32,000 nucleotides of DNA from a bacterium (GTDB lineage: Bacteria > CG03): positions 82,567 to 114,566 of the forward strand of contig JBDRRS010000004.1 of NCBI GenBank assembly GCA_043825615.1, in the 5' to 3' direction. The notes beneath the pieces were generated by a model. It saw only the letters and a list, made by a program, of their open reading frames with translations. It made no database searches and was not told the DNA's origin. Below, in pieces: positions 23,722 through 31,518 of this stretch. A program made the position numbers and the translations under genes. The stretch's first letter is position 1; each line of letters starts with the position of its first letter.

Positions 23722-25290
23722 TTTTGCTTTTTTAAACATCTTAAACGGGATTCCGAAAGTTCTTTCAACAATCCCTATTATCGGGCCCGTAATTGTCTTG
23801 GCAGGCATCATTCTAATCTTTGGCTTATTCAAGCCCCCCTTCACTTCTATAAAAACGGGAAGAAGCGATTTTTTCTGCCCGAGCAGAATATAGCCGACAA
23901 CGGGAATTTTGGAAAGAAGGTCGTTTACAAATTTCTGCACCTGAAATCCGACAATTATGTCAATCTTGTTCTCGTCCAGGTCAACACTGCCGTAAACGCT
24001 CGTCCGGGAGGTCCTGTTCTCAAGCATCATATCGGAAATCTCTATCAGACCGGATGCCTTGCTTATTCTGCCTTCAATGCGGGTTATGGGAAACCTGTCG
24101 GAATAATCCGGAAATTTACCTATAAGATAGTTAAATATGTCCAGCGTCTGCAGAACATTGTAAAGAAGCGAAAGTTTTGAAAAACTCCCGCGGCCGTCTT
24201 TGATGGAAGCATTCAAATTCACATGTTTTAAATCATTAAACCGGCCGGATGCTTCAATTTCTCCGGATAAAATCCCGCTGAAAATATCCTCGGTTATTTT
24301 TAACTTTGCGAACTGACCGGCAAAACTGAATGATTCCGGTGATACCTCGCCGAACGCCTCAACCGTTATGTTTTCAAAATCGGCAAACACATTCGCAAAT
24401 TTGAAAACGCCTTTATCAAATTCGCCCGTTACCGTCGCTTTTTCACTCTTTCCCCTGATTTCCGCAAAAAATTTATTTTTGTCAAAAAATATCTGGCTGC
24501 GCCCCGCAAACTTCTTATACCTTACGTCTTCAAAAAAAACATTGCCGTTTAAGATATTCTTATCCGAAAAATTACCCCCGTATTCCATATGAATACTTAA
24601 AAGGCCTTTTATTCTCTCCCTGATACCGAAAACCTTCAGAGCATCCTGCAACGGAATGTTCCTGTTTCTGACAATGATGCGCCAGTCATTCGAACGCCTC
24701 GCTATAACCGCAAAAGGTCTTTTGCCGAAATTTGAAACAAACGTTATTTGTATTCCTGCCTGTTTTAACGCGATATTCAGGCTGGAAGCCGGGAAAGTAA
24801 AAGTTACCGCCGAATCCCTGTCGGAAAAAGTCACGTTGCTGTCCGTGAATGAAATATACCCTGCGCTCAAACTTATTTTAGGCGGCTTATCCGAACTTTT
24901 CGAAACCGATTTAATCAATTCCTCAATGTTAAACTTCCCGCCGCATCGGAAAAGTTTTATTACCGCTTCGGTCAAAATTATGCTGGGAAACACTATCACC
25001 CCGTCCCTGATGCCCGAAATATCCACGTCAATAATTGCACTGTCTGCCGAGAGAAACCTTCCATATTTATTTGAAGCGGTCGGTTTCACGCATATTACCT
25101 TAATGCCCCTGAATGGGGTTACATACATAACCGGACATTTTACCTCGCTCTTGAGATACGATGAAATTTCTTTCAGCACATAGGGCTTCAAAAATAAATT
25201 TATTGCAAAAAAAAGTAAAAAAACAAAAAACAAAAAAACACCGGTAACAACTTTCGCAATTTCCAGAATTTCCTTGAAAACGGCTCTCAT
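23719..25290 (-). CDS. AsmA-like outer-membrane biogenesis family protein
   Basis: It has a single N-terminal TM segment, a long beta-rich body and an AsmA-type C-terminal region (..LPVFIEVKGGLNKPKIRMMP..). I prefer start ATG 25290, which gives an ATGA overlap with the rnfB stop. Confidence 0.6.
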   Translation of the reverse strand: MRAVFKEILEIAKVVTGVFLFFVFLLFFAINLFLKPYVLKEISSYLKSEVKCPVMYVTPFRGIKVICVKPTASNKYGRFLSADSAIIDVDISGIRDGVIVFPSIILTEAVIKLFRCGGKFNIEELIKSVSKSSDKPPKISLSAGYISFTDSNVTFSDRDSAVTFTFPASSLNIALKQAGIQITFVSNFGKRPFAVIARRSNDWRIIVRNRNIPLQDALKVFGIRERIKGLLSIHMEYGGNFSDKNILNGNVFFEDVRYKKFAGRSQIFFDKNKFFAEIRGKSEKATVTGEFDKGVFKFANVFADFENITVEAFGEVSPESFSFAGQFAKLKITEDIFSGILSGEIEASGRFNDLKHVNLNASIKDGRGSFSKLSLLYNVLQTLDIFNYLIGKFPDYSDRFPITRIEGRISKASGLIEISDMMLENRTSRTSVYGSVDLDENKIDIIVGFQVQKFVNDLLSKIPVVGYILLGQKKSLLPVFIEVKGGLNKPKIRMMPAKTITGPIIGIVERTFGIPFKMFKKAK

Positions 25291-26150
25291 CCGGTTTTTA
25301 TAATCACCCTCTTCCAGACCTTCACCGGACATTTTGCAACCGCTGTTTCCACCTGAGAAACGTCACGCACTTTTTCCCATATAACGGCAGGGAGATTGTC
25401 TTTCATTGCAAGAACTTCATCGGGATTAAACTTCTTGCCCGTACAAATACCGCACGTGAAACAGCCGTTTTTACAGTATTTTCTTACATCCGCGGTGTCG
25501 CGGCTGGAGCAGGCGGCAAAACAGGGACGCGCAACCGGAACAACTTCAATCAAATTTCTCGGACAGGCGGAAACGCAGAGCCCGCAGCCCGTACACTTAT
25601 CATAAGAAACAACCGCAGCGCCGTTTGACCCTATGCCGATTGCCCCGAACGGACAGACATTTATGCAGTCAGCCAGCCCGAGACATCCGTAAGGGCACTC
25701 TGTGTACCCTCCACCGACGAGAACAGCGGCGGAACAGGAAGGAATCCCCTTATACGAAAATTTCTGAGAGGAACCGCCCGAACATTTTACAACCGCAACC
25801 TTCTTTTCAATCCCGGCTTTCTGCGAAAAAATACTGTTCAGCATCCTCACAACCGACTCGCCGCCGGGCGCGCAAAGCCCGGCGTCCGCGTTCCCCTTAA
25901 CAATTGCTTTTGCATACGCATTGCAGGAGGAGAAACCGCAGCCCCCGCAGTTGAGACCCGGTAAAATTTTTTCAGCAATCTCAACTTTCGGATCATCCTT
26001 AACGCTCAGAAAATGGTCGGCAACCGCCAAAATCAGCGAAAAAAACCCGCCGAAGGCGGCAAGAAAAAGGGGAGCATGTAGGGACGGTGCTTTACCCCAA
26101 TGGGACAGGCAATATGACATTTTTTCAAAAAGTATTAGAACCGTCCCCAT
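25287..26150 (-). CDS. rnfB: Rnf complex subunit B (polyferredoxin); start uncertain (26150 or 26120)
   Basis: It has an N-terminal TM segment, the block LPG.NCGGCGFSSC and several CxxCxxCxxxCP ferredoxin motifs. The 5' end overlaps a degenerate GGGGAC element. Confidence 0.85.
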   Translation of the reverse strand: MGTVLILFEKMSYCLSHWGKAPSLHAPLFLAAFGGFFSLILAVADHFLSVKDDPKVEIAEKILPGLNCGGCGFSSCNAYAKAIVKGNADAGLCAPGGESVVRMLNSIFSQKAGIEKKVAVVKCSGGSSQKFSYKGIPSCSAAVLVGGGYTECPYGCLGLADCINVCPFGAIGIGSNGAAVVSYDKCTGCGLCVSACPRNLIEVVPVARPCFAACSSRDTADVRKYCKNGCFTCGICTGKKFNPDEVLAMKDNLPAVIWEKVRDVSQVETAVAKCPVKVWKRVIIKTG

Positions 26151-26156
26151 TCTTTT

Positions 26157-26732
26157 TTACTTCATTACCCCTGAAAAACCCATGAAAGCAAGAGCAAGAC
26201 AGCCCGCCGTAATGAGAGCAATCCCTGCGCCCCTGAAAGGAACGGGAACATCGGCGGTCTCAAGGCGCTCCCTGATTCCCGCCATAATCAGAAGAGCCAT
26301 AAGAAAACCACCGCCGGCGCCGAGAGCGTAAAAAATACTTTCAACAAATTTGTAACGCTTTATTACCATAAACAGCGTCAGACCGAGAATTGCGCAATTC
26401 GTCGTAATAAGCGGAAGATAAATTCCCAGCCCTCTGTACAGCGGCGGAACGAATTTTTTGAGAAACATTTCCACAAACTGAACCAGACTTGCAATAACGA
26501 GAATAAAAGCAACATACTGCAAATACTGAAGGTTGTAGGGAATCAGCACCTTGTAGTAGATAAGCCATGTGGAAGCGGCGGCGAGGAGCATAACAAACAT
26601 TACCGCAAAACCCATCCCCGATGCCTTTTTTAAATCGGTCGAAACGCCGAGGAACGGGCAGATTCCCAGAAAATACGCGAGGACAAAATTGTTTATAACC
26701 GCCGACCCGATAAAAATCAGAACATAACTCAT
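26157..26732 (-). CDS. rnfA: Rnf complex subunit A
   Basis: Supporting blocks are NNFVLAYFLGICPFLGVS and the ..PLITTNCAILG.. pattern. I prefer ATG 26732 (TAAGG 7 nt upstream) over the track TTG at 26738. Confidence 0.9.
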   Translation of the reverse strand: MSYVLIFIGSAVINNFVLAYFLGICPFLGVSTDLKKASGMGFAVMFVMLLAAASTWLIYYKVLIPYNLQYLQYVAFILVIASLVQFVEMFLKKFVPPLYRGLGIYLPLITTNCAILGLTLFMVIKRYKFVESIFYALGAGGGFLMALLIMAGIRERLETADVPVPFRGAGIALITAGCLALAFMGFSGVMK

Positions 26733-26741
26733 TTTCAAACC

Positions 26742-26771
26742 TTACAAGGGCGGCGGGAGGGTAGCGTTCAT
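26742..26771. repeat. C-rich junction element, short form (copy E3) at rnfE|rnfA
   Basis: On the plus strand cttacaagggcggcgggagggtagcgttcat matches the short unit at 15052-15087. Confidence 0.8.
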
Positions 26772-27346
26772 TTTTTAAGCACCGCAGCGTGGAGCCCGAC
26801 AAGCAGACCGAGAGTTATAAAAGCGCCGGCGGGAAGAATCATAATGAGGAATTTCGGAAAAAATCCCGGAAGAACCGTAATCCCGAATACAGTTCCCATC
26901 CCCATAATCTCTCTTACCGCTCCCATTACCAGTAATGTAACCGTAAAACCGATGCCCATTCCCAAAGCGTCGAACGCCGACGATACGAGATTGTTCTTTG
27001 AAGCAAAAACCTCGGCCCTTCCCAGAATTATGCAGTTAACGACAATCAGCGGAATAAACGGGCCGAGCGCTTTGCTCAACGCGGGGAAGTTTGCTTTAAG
27101 GAAAATGTCCGTTACCGTTACGAACGTCGCAATCACCACGATAAAAGAGGCAATCCTCACCTGCTTCGGCACAACTTTTCCTATCAGAGAAATAATAACA
27201 TTGCTGAAAAAAAGAACAAAAATAACGCCCAGCCCCATTGTAAGCGCATTTACGGCATTTGTCGTTACGGCGAGCGTCGGGCACAGGCCGAGGAGATAAC
27301 ACAAAATCGGATTTTCCTTAAACAGCCCTTTTACAAAGTTCTTCAT
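26768..27346 (-). CDS. rnfE: Rnf complex subunit E
   Basis: Supporting blocks are NPIL...LGLCP.LAVTT and ..IPLIVVNCIILGRAE... Confidence 0.9.
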   Translation of the reverse strand: MKNFVKGLFKENPILCYLLGLCPTLAVTTNAVNALTMGLGVIFVLFFSNVIISLIGKVVPKQVRIASFIVVIATFVTVTDIFLKANFPALSKALGPFIPLIVVNCIILGRAEVFASKNNLVSSAFDALGMGIGFTVTLLVMGAVREIMGMGTVFGITVLPGFFPKFLIMILPAGAFITLGLLVGLHAAVLKK

Positions 27347-27864
27347 TTAATCTTTGATTTCATCTCTCGTATTTTCTCATTTATTATTTTGCAGACCGCT
27401 TTTGAAGAAATCGTCGCCCCCGTAACTGCCTCAATTTCCAACGGTAATGACGGAGGTTTTTTTACAACGCTAAGCGGCGTTCCCTTATACCTGAACTGAC
27501 TCAAAAATTGAGCTTTCGTTATTTTGTCTCCCAGCCCGGGGGTCTCCCGGCAATTAAGAATTACGATACCCTCTATTTTCTTAAAAGCCCCGTCAACGCC
27601 TATCATCGCCGCAATCTCGTCCTGAAAACCCGGGCCTTTCGCTTCAAACGCAAAACCCAGTCCTTTTACCTCCCAGTATTTTTCGCCGTCAACATTTTTC
27701 TCCACAATTTCGGAGGACCTGAAAATCGTTTTCACAGCTTCTATCCTGGCGCGCTTTTCCTGCTCTGCAATCTTGTCCTTTGAACTCTCCCATACGATTG
27801 AAAGAAAAAAACCGCTTACCGCGCAGACAACCACCAGGAAAAAAACAATCTTAAAACTTTTCAT
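27343..27864 (-). CDS. rnfG: Rnf complex subunit G (FMN-binding)
   Basis: It has an N-terminal TM segment, GF...I....G.D and the TGATISS flavinylation motif. Both ends overlap neighbouring genes by 4 nt. Confidence 0.85.
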   Translation of the reverse strand: MKSFKIVFFLVVVCAVSGFFLSIVWESSKDKIAEQEKRARIEAVKTIFRSSEIVEKNVDGEKYWEVKGLGFAFEAKGPGFQDEIAAMIGVDGAFKKIEGIVILNCRETPGLGDKITKAQFLSQFRYKGTPLSVVKKPPSLPLEIEAVTGATISSKAVCKIINEKIREMKSKIK

Positions 27865-28787
27865 AACTCTCCGAAAGCAGGCCCAGGGGGAATCTTTTCA
27901 AGAAGCGGGGAAAAAGCATTCATCAAAAGAATGGAAAACATGACGCCCTCCGGATAGCCGCTGAAATATCTTATCACAAGAGTAAAAATCCCGCAGCCGA
28001 TACCGAAAATGAGCCGGCCTTTACCGTTTGCCGGAGCCGTAACAGGGTCGGTCGCCATAAAAAAAGCCCCGAGCAGCAGGCCGCCGGCGAATATGTGAAA
28101 AAAAGGCGTTGCTGCGTTCGCGTTAAAAAGATAATAAACCCCCGAAACCAGAAACACCGTTCCGATATAGGCGAGAGGAATCCTGTAATCAATCGTTTTT
28201 CTCACAATCAAATAAAGCCCGCCCAAAAGCAGGAGAAAAGCGGAGGTCTCGCCGAGACAGCCCGGACAGTTCCCGAAAAAAATCCTGCCTGTCTCCCACA
28301 TTTCCCCCGAAAATTTCCATGCGCCCAGCGGCGTTGCGGTCGTGGCGGCATCCAGAGGGGAAATCCACGAAGTCATAAGAACGGGAAAAGATGCCGTAAG
28401 AAACGCGCGCCCCAGCAAAGCAGGATTAAAAACATTATGGCCGAGCCCGCCGAAGAACTGCTTTCCGAAAACAACGCCGAATGTAACGCCGAAAGCAACG
28501 CAATACAGAGGGATTTCGGGAGGAAGAACCATCGCGAAAAGAATCCCCGTGACCAGAACACTCCCGTCGTTTACAAATTCCCTTTTCCTTATCTTGAGAA
28601 AAACCCACTCGCTGACGTATGCGAAAATAATGGAAGCCGCATAAATTTTCAAAACACCCGCTCCCCAGAGATATACGGAGTAACCGGCGGCGGGAAGAAG
28701 GGCGATGACAACATCCCGCATCATCCCCGTTACGGTCAAAGAAGAGGTAATGTGCGGTGAAACGGTTACCTTTAATTTCTTTTCCAT
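27861..28787 (-). CDS. rnfD: Rnf complex subunit D
   Basis: It is polytopic, with SPH......T..MM.DV.IALLP, the ..FNPAL.GR.FL.. block and the C-terminal MATDPVT. Confidence 0.9.
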   Translation of the reverse strand: MEKKLKVTVSPHITSSLTVTGMMRDVVIALLPAAGYSVYLWGAGVLKIYAASIIFAYVSEWVFLKIRKREFVNDGSVLVTGILFAMVLPPEIPLYCVAFGVTFGVVFGKQFFGGLGHNVFNPALLGRAFLTASFPVLMTSWISPLDAATTATPLGAWKFSGEMWETGRIFFGNCPGCLGETSAFLLLLGGLYLIVRKTIDYRIPLAYIGTVFLVSGVYYLFNANAATPFFHIFAGGLLLGAFFMATDPVTAPANGKGRLIFGIGCGIFTLVIRYFSGYPEGVMFSILLMNAFSPLLEKIPPGPAFGEL

Positions 28788-28803
28788 ATCTTATTCCTTA
28801 TCA

Positions 28804-28964
28804 TCACCTTGCAGGAGGCACGGCGTTGTCTGACAAGCCCGTCAGTCCGAGGGTCTCTGCTTTCTCCCCGCAGGACTGCGGAGCGGGCCGCTTTTGTAGG
28901 GGACGGCTCTCTTTGAGAACCGTCCCCCTTCCATAAACGTGCTTGGAAGGCAATGCCGTGCCAA
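28804..28964 (-). other. 161-nt highly structured insert between lgt and rnfD (candidate leader RNA or mosaic repeat)
   Basis: The closing helix GGCACGGC/GCCGTGCC (28955-28962 with 28817-28824) encloses four hairpins. These are CCTTCCA/TGGAAGG, a 13-bp GGGGACGGTTCTC-AAA-GAGAGCCGTCCCC stem, CTCCGCAG/CTGCGGGG and CTGAC/GTCAG. Confidence 0.5.
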
Positions 28965-29022
28965 CATATCTTATTCCTTATCAGGGCGGCGGGAGGCTTG
29001 CCCCGTTGGGGGTGGCTTCCAT
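28965..29022. repeat. C-rich junction element (copy E4) forming the 3' end of lgt
   Basis: The plus-strand sequence ttccttatcagggcggcggg...gggtggcttccat has the same ends as E1-E3 but a different internal insert. Confidence 0.75.
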
Positions 29023-29747
29023 AACTTAAGAGCAAGCCCGAAAATCACGCCTATCATAGCAATATTTTGTATCGCTGTTAAACCGAAAATGCCGCTCACC
29101 GTGTCCCCCCTCAAAAATTCCAGAAAAAATCTTATTGCGGGATAACCGAGCAGGTAAAAGGCAAAAACATCCCCGTCTTTCTCCTTTTTTGTTTTCAAAA
29201 GAAAAAGGAAAAGAACAAAATCCAGTATGCTCTCTATCAGTTGAGTCGGATATATTTTTACGCCGGGAGGGGCAAGCGTATGCGGATTCATAAACCTTAT
29301 TCCGAAGAATATGCTTGCGGGTTTTCCGTAACAGCAGCCCGCGAGAAAACAGCCTATTCTCCCTATTGACTGGCCGAGAGCAAATGCGGGGGAAAATAAA
29401 TCCAACAGTTTGAGAAACGGCATTTTAAGTTTTTTGGAATAGAAAAAAAGAACGCCGCCGCCCCCGATAAATCCCCCGAAAACGGCAAGACCGCCCTGCC
29501 AGATATAGAAAAAAGACAGGGGATTTTTTAAAACGCTTTCAAAATCCCAGAAGAAAAAGTAAAAAATCCTCGCTCCGATGATGCCCCATAGAACGGTAAA
29601 AAAAACCATATCTTCAAGGCGGGTTTTTGAAATTTCCCCGGAGGCGGTCTTTTTAAGGATAAGCAAACCCGAAAGAATCGCCAGAAAAACCAGCACTCCG
29701 TAGGAGTAGACGGAAACGGGGCCTATGCTTAAAATTCTCGGGAACAT
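28971..29747 (-). CDS. lgt: Prolipoprotein diacylglyceryl transferase
   Basis: Supporting blocks are ..YG....A......, GARIFY, GGLA.FGG.IGG and GRIGCFL.GCCYGKP. Confidence 0.9.
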   Translation of the reverse strand: MFPRILSIGPVSVYSYGVLVFLAILSGLLILKKTASGEISKTRLEDMVFFTVLWGIIGARIFYFFFWDFESVLKNPLSFFYIWQGGLAVFGGFIGGGGVLFFYSKKLKMPFLKLLDLFSPAFALGQSIGRIGCFLAGCCYGKPASIFFGIRFMNPHTLAPPGVKIYPTQLIESILDFVLFLFLLKTKKEKDGDVFAFYLLGYPAIRFFLEFLRGDTVSGIFGLTAIQNIAMIGVIFGLALKLWKPPPTGQASRRPDKE

Positions 29748-29748
29748 T

Positions 29749-30063
29749 CTAAATCACAGCCTGTATTTTCTGCACAATCGTCTCTTTGGGAACCGCCCCG
29801 ACGATATTATCAACGAGTTCGCCGGCTTTGAAGAATCCGAGAAAAGGAATGCCTTTCACCCGGTATTTTGCAGCTGTCGCCTGCGCACCGTCAACGTTAA
29901 GTTTGCAGACCTTCAATCTGCCCTCAAATTCACCGGCGATTTCCTCCACCACGGGACCGATCATTCTGCACGGCCCGCACCAGTCGGCGTAAAAATCAAC
30001 AAGAACCGGAATTTCCGAGTTCAAGACCTCGGCCGGAAAATTAGAATCGTCAACAACAACCAT
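29749..30063 (-). CDS. trxA: Thioredoxin
   Basis: It is 104 aa with the DFYADWCGPC active site. Confidence 0.9.
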   Translation of the reverse strand: MVVVDDSNFPAEVLNSEIPVLVDFYADWCGPCRMIGPVVEEIAGEFEGRLKVCKLNVDGAQATAAKYRVKGIPFLGFFKAGELVDNIVGAVPKETIVQKIQAVI

Positions 30064-30116
30064 AAAAACCCCCTTCCGGAAAAAGATAGAACGTTTCAGT
30101 TTTTTTCACGATAAAA

Positions 30117-30145
30117 ATTATAGCATTTTTGAGCGAATTTTTTAA
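30117..30145 (-). promoter_or_regulatory. Candidate extended -10 promoter (TTAAAA-N17-TGcTATAAT) for trxA-lgt-rnf
   Basis: On the minus strand, TATAAT lies at 30122-30117 preceded by TGC, and a GGAAGGGGG Shine-Dalgarno precedes the trxA ATG. Confidence 0.5.
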
Positions 30146-30150
30146 TTAAG

Positions 30151-30179
30151 TTTACAAAGCAGACGGGATTTTATAAAAT
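30151..30179 (+). promoter_or_regulatory. Candidate divergent promoter (TTTACA-N17-TAAAAT) ending 5 nt before ATG 30185
   Basis: This comes from direct reading. There is no Shine-Dalgarno between the -10 box and the ATG, so the mRNA could be leaderless. Confidence 0.4.
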
Positions 30180-30184
30180 TTACT

Positions 30185-31012
30185 ATGTTTTTCCCGTTTG
30201 TCCGTAATTTTCTTTTCAAATCCCGCATTTTTATTATTCTTCCGCTTCTGTGCGGCTCTCTGTCTGCCGAAGACAGTTTTAATTACGCTAAACACCTTTA
30301 TGACGGCGGCCTGCACAATGAAGCGGCGGGCGAGTTGAGAAGATTCATCTATTTCAATCCTTCCGACGAGAGAATTAAAGACGCTTCGATTCTTCTGGTA
30401 AAAGCTCTCTGGAAACAGGAAAAACACACGGAAGCGCAAAAGGCGGCAAAAAACTTAACGGGGGAAGACGGGCATCTTCTCCGCGGTAAATTGTATTTTC
30501 TTGATAAGAATTATGACTCCGCCCGCATATCAGCGGAGAACGCGCTGAACAAACCCGAATGCGCCGTTGAAGCGCAGAACGTGATAATCGCAAGCGACCT
30601 CTACAAAGCGAACTGGCAGGGCGCAATCAAATCAATGTCCGGCTTTAACCGTCTGAATCCAAAAGTAGAAAATCACTTCGATAAAAAATCACCGGTAAAA
30701 TTAAAATCGCCTGCTGTTGCGGTTACGATGTCCGCTCTCCTGCCGGGCCTCGGGCAGGCGTATTCAAAACATTACAGCGACGCTCTCGTGACATTTTTGA
30801 TTAACGGCCTTTTCATCGGAGGAAGCGCAGCCGCATGGCGCAACGACTATAAAGTTACATCCGTCCTGTGCGGGGCAATGGGCGTTACCTATTACATGGG
30901 CAACCTTTACAACGCCGGGCTTTTTGTTTACCAGTACAACAATTATCTTAAAGATACTTTCGCAAAAGAAATACGGGAAGAACTGGGTTTAAAAGTGTGG
31001 TTCTCTTTTTAA
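30185..31012 (+). CDS. Exported or membrane protein with a TPR-like N-terminal half and a hydrophobic C-terminal half (LLPGLGQAY motif)
   Basis: It has a signal-like N-terminus IFIILPLLCGSLSA and C-terminal TM segments. I cannot name a family with confidence. Confidence 0.6.
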   Translation: MFFPFVRNFLFKSRIFIILPLLCGSLSAEDSFNYAKHLYDGGLHNEAAGELRRFIYFNPSDERIKDASILLVKALWKQEKHTEAQKAAKNLTGEDGHLLRGKLYFLDKNYDSARISAENALNKPECAVEAQNVIIASDLYKANWQGAIKSMSGFNRLNPKVENHFDKKSPVKLKSPAVAVTMSALLPGLGQAYSKHYSDALVTFLINGLFIGGSAAAWRNDYKVTSVLCGAMGVTYYMGNLYNAGLFVYQYNNYLKDTFAKEIREELGLKVWFSF

Positions 31013-31518
31013 TCTCTTTCTTCCTGTTCTGTGACATTTCGCTTGCCGGGATAAATTATTATGATTCGGGAATGGAACTGCTTGATAATAAAAAATACGA
31101 CGCCGCAATAAAGGCATTTGAAAATCACCTGCGCAGCAATCCGCGTGATTCAAGAACCCTGAATAACATCGGTTTCGCGTACTACAAAAAAAATAAGCCG
31201 GATACGGCAATAAAATTTTACCGCCGAGCGGTAAAGGCAGACCCCTATTACGCCGTGGCGTACAACAACCTCGGCATAGCATTGTACCACGGGGACGAAT
31301 TTGACGAGGCGCTGACCTGTTTCAAAAAAGCCGTTGAACTAAATCCTGAATATGCAAAAGCAATGATAAACATAGGTCTCATATACCTTCACAGAAAAGA
31401 CAGAAAAACAGCGAAAGAATGGTATAACCGGGCAAAGACGGTTAATAAAAATTACGTAAGAGAACGGCAAAACGCGGCTGAAAAAAAATACAGAGAAGGA
31501 AAACTGCACCCATGGTGA
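30997..31518 (+). CDS. TPR repeat protein with a signal-like N-terminus
   Basis: It contains three to four canonical TPR units (..AIKAFENHL..NP.., LNNIGFAYYK, AYNNLGIALYH, AMINIGLIYLH). Confidence 0.7.
   Translation: MVLFLISFFLFCDISLAGINYYDSGMELLDNKKYDAAIKAFENHLRSNPRDSRTLNNIGFAYYKKNKPDTAIKFYRRAVKADPYYAVAYNNLGIALYHGDEFDEALTCFKKAVELNPEYAKAMINIGLIYLHRKDRKTAKEWYNRAKTVNKNYVRERQNAAEKKYREGKLHPW

Noticed and set aside
26341-26802. A 153-aa minus-strand ORF overlapping rnfA and rnfE in another frame.
   Set aside because: It is fully nested in two well-supported Rnf genes and has no motifs, so it is a frame artefact.
28949-28964. A sigma-54-like box TTGGCACGGCATTGCC on the minus strand, just upstream of rnfD.
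   Set aside because: The GG and GC dinucleotides are separated by 9 nt, not the invariant 10 nt (TGGCAC-N5-TTGC). In addition, GGCACGGC is better explained as one arm of the 8-bp closing helix of the structured insert.
28804-28964. Identity of the 161-nt structured element with SRP (4.5S) or 6S RNA.
   Set aside because: It lacks the conserved SRP domain IV sequence (GGAA tetraloop with AGCA/GGAA symmetric loops) and lacks the single long interrupted hairpin of 6S RNA. It also lies inside an operon in the sense orientation.
28772-29035. An 87-aa Arg-rich minus-strand ORF spanning the lgt end, the structured insert and the rnfD start.
   Set aside because: It overlaps two well-supported genes in other frames, consists of repeat and hairpin sequence, and has no recognisable fold. 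I treat it as an accidental open frame. The shorter 41-codon uORF that has the duplicated Shine-Dalgarno is reported instead as a possibility.
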